IMG/VR virus record: IMGVR_UViG_2778261056_000006
Location: 1-42,371 of that record
Source of the DNA: a virus
Taxonomy: Duplodnaviria > Heunggongvirae > Uroviricota > Caudoviricetes
Length of the DNA stretch: 42,371 bases
Strand: one strand, 5' to 3'
Shown: positions 16,476 to 23,716 of the stretch, piece after piece
How positions within the stretch are numbered: the stretch's first letter is position 1
Layout of the letters: every line of letters begins with the position of its first letter
The notes under the pieces: model-generated
Told to the model about the DNA's origin: nothing
Seen by the model: only the letters and a program-made list of their open reading frames with translations
Database searches by the model: none
Position numbers and translations under genes: made by a program

Positions 16476-16681
16476 TGGCGATGAAATATTCCTGGTTCCA
16501 CCATCACGAATGCACAACCGATCAGGCCGACGAGCTGGTGGCCAGTTACCGTCGTCGTGGCGCCACGGTAGAACGTAGCCTGAATCGCGACAACATCACC
16601 TGGACTATCAGCGCAAAATTGCCTGAATGCGAGCATCCGGCGCGTACACCAAGAACCTTTCGACAAAAGGTCTGGGGGTGA
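16472..16681 (+). CDS. hypothetical small protein
   Basis: 69-aa ORF whose start overlaps the previous stop (ATGA). Confidence 0.4.
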   Translation: MMAMKYSWFHHHECTTDQADELVASYRRRGATVERSLNRDNITWTISAKLPECEHPARTPRTFRQKVWG

Positions 16682-16683
16682 TT

Positions 16684-17295
16684 ATGGCTAAGTTACCGCG
16701 CCGGAAGTGCGCCAACAAGGAATGCCGCCAGTGGTTCAATCCAGTACGCGACACGCAGACCGTCTGCGGTTATGAGTGCGCCAGCGCCGTCGGGAAAGAG
16801 CAGACCAGAAAAGCCCGGGAGGCTGCACAACGCAAAGAGTCTGCCAAGCAGCGCGCCACTGAGAAGAAAGAACGTGCAGCCTGGCGCCAGCGTAAAGCTG
16901 CAGTTAAGCCGCTGAAGCACTGGATTGACCTGACGCAGCGTGCCGTAAATGACATTTGCCGCGAGACGGAGTTGGCGGAGGGGCGGGGCTGTATTTCCTG
17001 CGGAACTAAAACGGCGTTCGCCTGGCATGCTGGCCATTATCGGACTACGGCAGCCGCTGGGCATCTGCGCTTCACTCGCTTCAACATCCATCTTCAGTGT
17101 GATGTCTGCAACGTCTACAAATCCGGGAATATCGAAGCATACCGAGCCGCGCTGGTGGAACGTTATGGCGAAGAGCTGGTACTAGCGCTCGAGAACAATA
17201 ACGCTCCGCATCGTTGGACTATTGAAGAACTGAAGGAAATCAGACTGACCGCGCTGGCTGACCTGCGCGCGCTGAAAAAGCAGGAGGCAGCATGA
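16684..17295 (+). CDS. ninG: NinG / Rap-family recombination protein
   Basis: 203 aa from ATG 16684; Cys-rich pattern (CANKEC...CGYEC...CISCG...CDVCN) and position before Q match lambda NinG. Confidence 0.7.
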   Translation: MAKLPRRKCANKECRQWFNPVRDTQTVCGYECASAVGKEQTRKAREAAQRKESAKQRATEKKERAAWRQRKAAVKPLKHWIDLTQRAVNDICRETELAEGRGCISCGTKTAFAWHAGHYRTTAAAGHLRFTRFNIHLQCDVCNVYKSGNIEAYRAALVERYGEELVLALENNNAPHRWTIEELKEIRLTALADLRALKKQEAA

Positions 17296-17429
17296 CATTC
17301 GAATCCTATTTTGCCGATCACCTCCGCGTTCGTTGGCAACGATTGCGCTTATACCACTTTCCGGGCTCTGTGCTGACGGATTACCGAATACTGAAGAACT
17401 ACATCAAAACCATAGGCGGTGCAGTATGA
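17292..17429 (+). CDS. small ORF between ninG and Q (45 aa), absent from ORF track
   Basis: ATG 17292 overlaps the ninG stop (ATGA), strong SD AGGAGG 4 nt upstream, stop overlaps the Q-like start (ATGA); MTFESYFADHLRVRWQRLRLYHFPGSVLTDYRILKNYIKTIGGAV. Confidence 0.35.
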   Translation: MTFESYFADHLRVRWQRLRLYHFPGSVLTDYRILKNYIKTIGGAV

Positions 17430-18115
17430 ATACTCAATTTCTCGAATACGTGCGCCAGCAGTTGATGGTGGCCACCGCCGATTTAAGTGGTGCGACGAAA
17501 GGGCAGTTGATGGCGTGGCTTGAAAACGCGCAGTTCGATACGGGAACGTTTAAACGTAAAAAGCCTCGAGTGCTGGATGAAGTGACCGGGGAAATGATTA
17601 CGCTGGATAACCCGCCAATACCGGGCAAGCAGTCGCATGCCAAGGGTTCGCATATTCCCCTGGTGCAGCCGGTTGAATACTCCAGCGCATCGTGGCGCCG
17701 CGCACTGATGTCACTCGAAGAACACCAGAAAGCGTGGCTGCTATGGAACTATAGCGAGAACGTGCGCTGGTGCTATCAGGTGGAAATCACTCAATGGGCG
17801 TGGGCAGAGTTCCGGGAGCAGCTCGGCGCGAAGAAGGTGGCCGGCAAAACGATGGAGCGCCTGAAGAAGCTTGTCTGGCTCGCGGCTCAGGACGTGAAAG
17901 CAGAGCTGGCAGGGCGTGAGATGTACGAATATCAGGCGCTGGCGTCGCTGGTTGGCGTAACGCCAAAAAACTGGTCAGAGACCTTTACTGACCGCTGGGT
18001 TGAGATGCGCAGCATCTTCCTGCGACTGGATAGCGGGGCTTTATTGCAGGTTACGCGATCACGTTCACAACAAAAGGCGACAAATTTAGACTCAAGTCTT
18101 GCAAAACTGGATTGA
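17426..18115 (+). CDS. putative late-gene antiterminator (Q-like)
   Basis: 229 aa from ATG 17426; synteny (after ninG, before a promoter/terminator pair and the lysis genes); no Zn-finger Cys cluster, so family is uncertain. Confidence 0.5.
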   Translation: MNTQFLEYVRQQLMVATADLSGATKGQLMAWLENAQFDTGTFKRKKPRVLDEVTGEMITLDNPPIPGKQSHAKGSHIPLVQPVEYSSASWRRALMSLEEHQKAWLLWNYSENVRWCYQVEITQWAWAEFREQLGAKKVAGKTMERLKKLVWLAAQDVKAELAGREMYEYQALASLVGVTPKNWSETFTDRWVEMRSIFLRLDSGALLQVTRSRSQQKATNLDSSLAKLD

Positions 18116-18180
18116 AACGCATATATTTCATGTAAATCTGATATCGTCGCCATAGCTTCGTAGGTCGACAAAGAATTAAG

Positions 18181-18207
18181 AACCCGCCATCGAGCGGGTT
18201 TTTTGTC
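18181..18207 (+). terminator. intrinsic terminator downstream of Q-like gene
   Basis: CCCGC-catcga-GCGGG followed by T6. Confidence 0.65.
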
Positions 18208-18304
18208 GAAACTTTGTTTTTATATTTGGATTGTTACGTGCATCAAAAAAGATGATGAATAATCCAAAAAAGCCGTTTTTATGAGCTTTTAATCCCTTTT
18301 TTAC

Positions 18305-18334
18305 TTGTCAAATCTGTAATTGACTCGCTATAGT
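18305..18334 (+). promoter_or_regulatory. candidate late promoter (PR'-like)
   Basis: TTGTCA-18 bp-TATAGT, about 35 nt upstream of a terminator hairpin; resembles the lambda PR'/tR' arrangement. Confidence 0.35.
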
Positions 18335-18365
18335 CTGTTTAGTTCTTTATCAAAAAGACTCTTTT

Positions 18366-18392
18366 AAAGCCTCGTTTTGAGGCTTTTCGTGT
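18366..18392 (+). terminator. tR'-like terminator shortly downstream of candidate late promoter
   Basis: AAGCCTC-gtttt-GAGGCTT followed by T-rich tract. Confidence 0.5.
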
Positions 18393-18473
18393 ATTTAAAG
18401 ACCGTAAATCACTACATCTTGTGTTTGTTGTTTTGTTTTTGAGCTAGATGTAGCTATAACGAGGGACAAAATC

Positions 18474-18674
18474 ATGGGCGCTGCAGAATTTTACGAAAAA
18501 GTAGGTATTAAATCAGAGGAACTCCATAAAGGTGAATCTGTACAACACTATGCTATGCGCGTTCTTGCTCAGCAAGACGACCAGGCTATACGTAGTGGTG
18601 TTCTATACTCCTACAGCACTGTAAGTTCAGTTGAAGCTGTAGAGCAACAATCTCATCAACTGTACTCATATTGA
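18474..18674 (+). CDS. hypothetical small protein (Q-lysis moron)
   Basis: 66-aa ORF with SD GAGGG, in AT-rich DNA. Confidence 0.45.
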   Translation: MGAAEFYEKVGIKSEELHKGESVQHYAMRVLAQQDDQAIRSGVLYSYSTVSSVEAVEQQSHQLYSY

Positions 18675-18686
18675 TAAAAGAAGAAC

Positions 18687-19586
18687 ATGCCAAATTGGAT
18701 AGACGTGTTGGGCGAGATGGGTACTATTGCTCAACGTACACCAGCGGATGAGGTTCGCCACAAGTACTTACGAGAGTTGTCGAAGCATACAGGCCGAAAC
18801 GTAATTTCATATTACTCAGGCTTCCTCCAGAAGGGGGGGCCTGGGTTGCAGCATTTAATACAAATGTCAGATGACGATAAAAATGGTCTTATGTCAGCCA
18901 TTAACGGCTTAGACACGTCATTAGGGCTGGATATCTTGCTTCATACCCCAGGGGGAGATATTGCAGCATTGGAATCTATTGGTCATTATCTTCGTTCAAA
19001 ATTTGGGACCAATATCCGGGCAATTGTTCCTATGATCTCAATGAGTTGTGGGACCATGTTGGCTTGCTGTGCCGAACAGATTGTATTGGGCAAACAGTCA
19101 AATTTGGGGCCAATTGATCCGCAGCTTGGTGGTTTATCATCTCATGCGATCATAGAAGAGTATGAGCGAGCTAAGAAAGAGATTTCTGAAAATGCTGCAG
19201 CGATCCAATGGTGGCAATTTACTCTTCAAAAGCTAAACCCGACTCTCATTGGTGAATGTGAAAAGGCTATTGTTTGGGCTAATGAAATAGTACAAAAATG
19301 GCTGTGTACTGGTATGTTTGCAGGTCATGCTAACGCTCAAGATAAGGCTAAGCGAATTTGTGATGAGCTAAACAATCATCATACAACCTATGCGCATGCT
19401 AGACATATTCATCTGGATAAAGCGCAAAGCATTGGTTTGAACATTATGGAGCTGGAGAGCGACCAAACTCTGCAGGATCTTGTGCTGACTATACATCATT
19501 GCTACATGCATTCATTTGGTACGAGTCCTGCTGCGAAAATTATTGAAAATCATAATGGCAGCACGATGATGTGGAATATTCGCTAA
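18687..19586 (+). CDS. SDH-family ClpP/crotonase-fold serine protease
   Basis: 299 aa; LHTPGGD motif and overall pattern typical of S49/SDH ClpP-fold peptidases; sits between Q and the holin. Confidence 0.6.
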   Translation: MPNWIDVLGEMGTIAQRTPADEVRHKYLRELSKHTGRNVISYYSGFLQKGGPGLQHLIQMSDDDKNGLMSAINGLDTSLGLDILLHTPGGDIAALESIGHYLRSKFGTNIRAIVPMISMSCGTMLACCAEQIVLGKQSNLGPIDPQLGGLSSHAIIEEYERAKKEISENAAAIQWWQFTLQKLNPTLIGECEKAIVWANEIVQKWLCTGMFAGHANAQDKAKRICDELNNHHTTYAHARHIHLDKAQSIGLNIMELESDQTLQDLVLTIHHCYMHSFGTSPAAKIIENHNGSTMMWNIR

Positions 19587-19609
19587 ACGATATATCCTCG
19601 AATCACATA

Positions 19610-19636
19610 AGGCCACCTTCGGGTGGCCTTTTTTAT
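19610..19636 (+). terminator. intrinsic terminator
   Basis: 7-bp stem GGCCACC/GGTGGCC with UUCG tetraloop, followed by T7. Confidence 0.8.
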
Positions 19637-19680
19637 TCCCCTCATTCCTGAGAGGACTCACAGCAATAAGAGGGGGCTTA

Positions 19681-20076
19681 ATGTCCGATCCTGTTTCTGG
19701 CACTACGGTCGCGGCTGGTGGCCTGATGGTAGCCAGCGTATTTGGTCTTGCAACCGGTATTGATTATGGCGTGGTATTTGGCGCATTCGCTGGTGCAGTA
19801 TTTTATGTAGCGACAGCGGCAAATATCACACGAGTACGATTGATTGCTTACTTCATGACGTCATTCATTGTTGGCGTTCTTGCCGCTGGACTGGTGGGTT
19901 CAAAGCTGTCACAGGCTACCGGGTATAGTGACAGACCATTAGACGCACTTGGTGCTGTTGTAGTGGCGGCGATGACAATCAAAGTGCTCACATTTTTCAA
20001 CAGTCAGGATTTGGGAAGCCTGTTCAGTATTCTTTCGCGATTCCGTGGAGGAGGGGCCAGCAATGGTAACAAGTGA
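19681..20076 (+). CDS. holin (three predicted TM segments)
   Basis: 131-aa hydrophobic protein heading the lysis cassette; SD AGAGGGGG. Confidence 0.6.
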   Translation: MSDPVSGTTVAAGGLMVASVFGLATGIDYGVVFGAFAGAVFYVATAANITRVRLIAYFMTSFIVGVLAAGLVGSKLSQATGYSDRPLDALGAVVVAAMTIKVLTFFNSQDLGSLFSILSRFRGGGASNGNK

Positions 20077-20344
20077 TCCGTCAGCGATGGTGAATGCAGG
20101 TATTTGTGCGGTCATCGTCCTTGTCCTGATGTTCTACCAGCGTGAAGGGGCAAGACATCGCCCCGCTATATCATTGCTGGCGTACTTCGTTGTGCTGGTT
20201 TATGCCAGCGTTCCATTCCGATATCTGTTCGGCCTCTACCAGGAGTCACACTGGATGGTGGTCATCGTAAACCTTCTTATTTGCGCTGCCGTGTTATGGG
20301 CTCGTGGGAATGTGGCGCGTCTCGTTGATACGCTGAGGCATTAA
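20063..20344 (+). CDS. second holin-like membrane protein
   Basis: 93 aa from ATG 20063 (SD GGAGGAGGGG), three hydrophobic segments, immediately upstream of the endolysin. Confidence 0.5.
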   Translation: MVTSDPSAMVNAGICAVIVLVLMFYQREGARHRPAISLLAYFVVLVYASVPFRYLFGLYQESHWMVVIVNLLICAAVLWARGNVARLVDTLRH

Positions 20345-20961
20345 TGAACCAATCACAATTTCAACAGGCGGCTGGTGTAAGCGCCGGGTTAGCTACGCGC
20401 TGGTTTCCGCACATTGACGCGGCAATGAAAGAGTTCGGCATTGTTAAGCCTGAAGACCAGGCAATGTTTATTGCTCAGTCAGGACATGAATCAGCGGGAT
20501 TCTCTGCGCTGGTGGAGAGCTTCAACTACACCCCAGCCGCTCTGCTGACCACATTTGGACGCCGCATTACGAACTATCAGGCATATATGCTTGGGCGTGA
20601 CAAAGAAAAAGGGCACGTAGCCAATCAGCCAGCCATTGCAAATCTGGTGTACAGCAATCGCCTCGGTAACAAAGCATCAGGCGATGGGTGGAAATATCGT
20701 GGCCGTGGGCTGATTCAGATTACCGGTCTTGATAATTACCGCCGCTGCGGAACGGGATTAAAACTGGATTTAGTCAGTAATCCTGAGTTGCTGGAAAAGG
20801 ATATCAACGCGGCACGTTCAGCTGCATGGTTCTACGCCACCAGCGGATGCCTGAGCTATTCCGGCGATCTGGTTCGCATCACCCAGATCATCAATGGTGG
20901 ACAGAACGGCATTAACGACCGTCGTGCACGCTACGCCAAAGCAAAAGCCGCACTGGTATGA
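20344..20961 (+). CDS. endolysin, glycoside hydrolase family 19 (chitinase-like lysozyme)
   Basis: 205 aa; AQSGHESAGF...YRGRGLIQITGLDNY pattern characteristic of GH19 phage endolysins. Confidence 0.8.
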   Translation: MNQSQFQQAAGVSAGLATRWFPHIDAAMKEFGIVKPEDQAMFIAQSGHESAGFSALVESFNYTPAALLTTFGRRITNYQAYMLGRDKEKGHVANQPAIANLVYSNRLGNKASGDGWKYRGRGLIQITGLDNYRRCGTGLKLDLVSNPELLEKDINAARSAAWFYATSGCLSYSGDLVRITQIINGGQNGINDRRARYAKAKAALV

Positions 20962-20968
20962 GGTCGCT

Positions 20969-21244
20969 ATGGGACTTGAAATGATTATCGGCCTGGCTGT
21001 TGCTGTGCTGGCTGCAATTGCAGGTGCTTTTGGTCTGGGTAAATCGCGCGGTACTAACATCGCTGAGACAAAAGCGGACCAGCAACGCACTGAAGAACGT
21101 GCAACAGCTACTGAAGCTGTTGCTGAACGCCGGGTAGAAACAACGAAAGAGGCCAGCAATGTACAGCAGAGTGTTAACCATATGCTTGGCGACGATGTTG
21201 ATCGTGAGCTGCGCAACAACTGGACCCGCCCCGGTAGTCGTTGA
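20969..21244 (+). CDS. i-spanin (Rz-like)
   Basis: 91 aa from ATG 20969; N-terminal TM helix then charged coiled-coil-like periplasmic region; the ORF track's longer form starts inside the endolysin gene. Confidence 0.55.
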   Translation: MGLEMIIGLAVAVLAAIAGAFGLGKSRGTNIAETKADQQRTEERATATEAVAERRVETTKEASNVQQSVNHMLGDDVDRELRNNWTRPGSR

Positions 21245-21410
21245 TACCGCCTGTGATTGGGTAAAGCCCATCTATCTTACTGACCACGATATTGCCGTTA
21301 TGGATAAGCAGACGAAGCGCGACATCCTAGTGCATAACAAAGCATGGAAGGTGAACTGTAATCCCAAAAAGGTAAAGACGAGCACTCTAAAATTTGTGGA
21401 CAAGCCATGA
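21159..21410 (+). CDS. o-spanin lipoprotein (Rz1-like), overlapping the i-spanin 3' end in another frame
   Basis: Signal peptide with lipobox (LIVSC), Pro-rich mature region with conserved Cys; typical overlapped spanin pair; start may be an internal ATG. Confidence 0.55.
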   Translation: MYSRVLTICLATMLIVSCATTGPAPVVVDTACDWVKPIYLTDHDIAVMDKQTKRDILVHNKAWKVNCNPKKVKTSTLKFVDKP

Positions 21411-21472
21411 AGTACCCGTTATCCTTTCTATAGGATTCCAAAGGAATACCATAGGAAACCAAAGGTAACATT

Positions 21473-21724
21473 ATGGCAAAAACATATTTCCCCATCGAAG
21501 ACTCTGTAGAGTTAGTGACAGCATCTAAACCACACCCAAGTAACACGCATTACAAAGTTTCTCGTGGAACTGAAATCTGGGATGGTGAAAATGTTGAGGT
21601 AATCAAAGTTCAGATGGTTTACAACGGCGAAGTGGCCGGAAGAAGAAGCCCTTCATATCCCGTTGGGACTGATGATTATCAACGTGTCCATTTAGCTATA
21701 GAAAAAATCATCAGGTCAAGATAA
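21473..21724 (+). CDS. hypothetical protein (post-lysis moron)
   Basis: 83-aa ORF in AT-rich DNA followed by its own terminator. Confidence 0.5.
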   Translation: MAKTYFPIEDSVELVTASKPHPSNTHYKVSRGTEIWDGENVEVIKVQMVYNGEVAGRRSPSYPVGTDDYQRVHLAIEKIIRSR

Positions 21725-21730
21725 AAGCAA

Positions 21731-21755
21731 AAGGTCGCTTAGGCGGCCTTTTTTC
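21731..21755 (+). terminator. intrinsic terminator
   Basis: GGTCGC-ttag-GCGGCC followed by T6. Confidence 0.7.
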
Positions 21756-21962
21756 ATCGATAATACATTCACTGGGTTATATCCAATCCCGTGGTTGAGA
21801 GGCATGCTGTATTGCTACTCGACTAACTGCATTACAGAAAGCATTCACTGAGTGCCTGCGATAATGCAAATTGACGGACTCGTCAGAAATCCTTTACAAA
21901 ACATGATGTTGAATTAAATTGTTGCGTGGGTTAGCTTGAGGTTAGTTCACACAGGAGGTCAT

Positions 21963-22205
21963 ATGTCACAATCAGCGCTTGCTACTGAATTAGAACTCAC
22001 TGACGATGAGTTGGATTCCATACCTCTATCACCTGAAGACCTTGAGGAGAATACAGGGCATTCAGGCGATATGGTATATGAGTACTATTTCTATGTTCCC
22101 GATACTACCCCTGAAGATATTCTTAGCAAGAAAGGATGGGAAATAGGTGAGTGTGTTTACTTATCTATTAATGTTTTTGATGACCCGGATTCGGAGCAAG
22201 AATAG
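21963..22205 (+). CDS. small highly acidic protein (DNA-mimic-like composition)
   Basis: 80 aa from ATG 21963 (SD AGGAGG); by eye about a quarter of residues are Asp/Glu with only two Lys; own terminator. Confidence 0.5.
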   Translation: MSQSALATELELTDDELDSIPLSPEDLEENTGHSGDMVYEYYFYVPDTTPEDILSKKGWEIGECVYLSINVFDDPDSEQE

Positions 22206-22221
22206 AACGATAAGCATAATG

Positions 22222-22245
22222 CACCGCCTCCGGGCGGTTTTTTTA
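22222..22245 (+). terminator. intrinsic terminator
   Basis: CCGCC-tccg-GGCGG followed by T7. Confidence 0.75.
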
Positions 22246-22266
22246 TGTCAGTACACTGGAGCGTTT

Positions 22267-22908
22267 ATGGCAACACTCAAAGACCTTTCTCAGCAATTAA
22301 AGAAGGTACAAAAGCAGGTGCCATATGCTACAGCACTAGCTATGACAAAAGTTGTTCGTCAAATAGAAACGGCACAGAAAACAGCGTTCGAACGACATCT
22401 GGAGAGCCCGACACCGTTTACCGTTAAATCAGTTGGTTCGGTGGCGGCAAGGAAGAACAACCTGACTGCAAAGGTTTTTGTCCGCGATACCGCGGCTGGT
22501 TATCTGGAACCATTCGAGTTAGGTGGAGAGCATAAGCTCAATAGCCAAGCGCTATTGAACCCCAAGAACGTCAAGCTAAACAAATACGGCAACATGCCGC
22601 GTAATAAGCTCTCACAGCTCAAAGCAAAGCCAAACGTATTTATTGGTGACGTTGGTGGCGTGAATGCCGTGTGGCAGAGAAAAAAGCCGAAAATCAAAAA
22701 AGGGAAGAAACGGGCAAAACGTTCTCCGAACGGCACGCGCAGAGACAAGATTAAGCAACCTGCACCAAAATTGCTCATTCGGTTTGGAGACGCGCTTCCA
22801 GTCAAACCAACGCTCGGCTATATGGACAGGGCAAACACCATGGTCAACGCATTGTTACCCTCAGCGCTGCACCAGGCGATTGCTGAGGCGATCAGCTCGG
22901 CCAGATAG
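22267..22908 (+). CDS. hypothetical basic protein upstream of cos
   Basis: 213 aa from ATG 22267; Lys/Arg-rich centre (KKPKIKKGKKRAKR); the ORF track's upstream extension is discounted. Confidence 0.5.
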   Translation: MATLKDLSQQLKKVQKQVPYATALAMTKVVRQIETAQKTAFERHLESPTPFTVKSVGSVAARKNNLTAKVFVRDTAAGYLEPFELGGEHKLNSQALLNPKNVKLNKYGNMPRNKLSQLKAKPNVFIGDVGGVNAVWQRKKPKIKKGKKRAKRSPNGTRRDKIKQPAPKLLIRFGDALPVKPTLGYMDRANTMVNALLPSALHQAIAEAISSAR

Positions 22909-22998
22909 CCCCCCAGGGGTTTTGGGTCCTTCCTGAGCCTTTTGTAAGGCACGGGCATTGCGCGCCGCGGTGTTTTCCTAGCTACAACTTTCAGATTT

Positions 22999-23150
22999 GT
23001 GTCCCATGTCCCACCTCTGGCGATCATTACGGACACCTCGCCAGCTCTGGCTATTCCAGTTTATTCCAGTGGGACATTCTGGTGGGACATGGCAAAAATG
23101 TCCCAGGCGAATGTCCCACCCCAGAAAATGTCCCAGGTGATGTCCCATGA
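22999..23150. repeat. cos region: array of at least 8 GTCCCA(N)/TGGGAC motifs in both orientations plus a CTGGCG-N16-CGCCAG dyad (candidate cosB and cosN)
   Basis: Motifs at 23001, 23008, 23069(rev), 23082(rev), 23098, 23111, 23128, 23140, directly upstream of and overlapping the small-terminase start. Confidence 0.55.
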
Positions 23151-23716
23151 CCACGATGAACCAGAGTCAGTACGCACAACATTCAGGTGTGGATCGCAAA
23201 ACAATTGGTCGGTGGATTAAAGCCGGGCGCTTCATTGTGATGGACGGAGACCTGATTGACGTAGAGGCCAGCGATGCGGCATTGAAGAAAAACCGCGATG
23301 GCAAAGACCCGCGCGCCTCGAACGCGAAGAAAAAGAAAACTCCCGTCGTTAGCGATAACGATGATGACGGTGATGAAATCAATAAAACTGTCCGCCAGAT
23401 AATGCTCACTGAAGGGGCAGATCTTTCGAGAGAGGAAGCGGGACGTATCCGCGAGAATTACATGGCCCTGCAGGCAAAGCTGCAGTATGAAAAAGACAGC
23501 GGCCAGCTTATTGAGCTGACAGCAGCCGAGGAGGTTTTATTCAACGCCTTTCGCCAACAGCGTGATGCCTGGCTTAACTGGCCGTCCAGGGTGGCGCCGC
23601 TAATGGCTGCTGATCTGGATGTACCGGCGGACAGGATGACAGAGGTGCTGATTGAACATGTCCACAAACACATCTCAGTCCTCGGAGAGCCAGAGTTTAA
23701 CCCGGCAGAAGATTGA
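23147..23716 (+). CDS. terminase small subunit (Nu1-like)
   Basis: 189 aa; N-terminal HTH (SQYAQHSGVDRKTIGRWIKAGRF) comparable to lambda Nu1; overlaps the start of the large subunit as in lambda. Confidence 0.6.
   Translation: MTTMNQSQYAQHSGVDRKTIGRWIKAGRFIVMDGDLIDVEASDAALKKNRDGKDPRASNAKKKKTPVVSDNDDDGDEINKTVRQIMLTEGADLSREEAGRIRENYMALQAKLQYEKDSGQLIELTAAEEVLFNAFRQQRDAWLNWPSRVAPLMAADLDVPADRMTEVLIEHVHKHISVLGEPEFNPAED

Noticed and set aside
22999-23220. ORF reading through the cos repeat array
   Set aside because: Its sequence is the repeated GTCCCA motifs translated; it overlaps the small-terminase start and has no SD.
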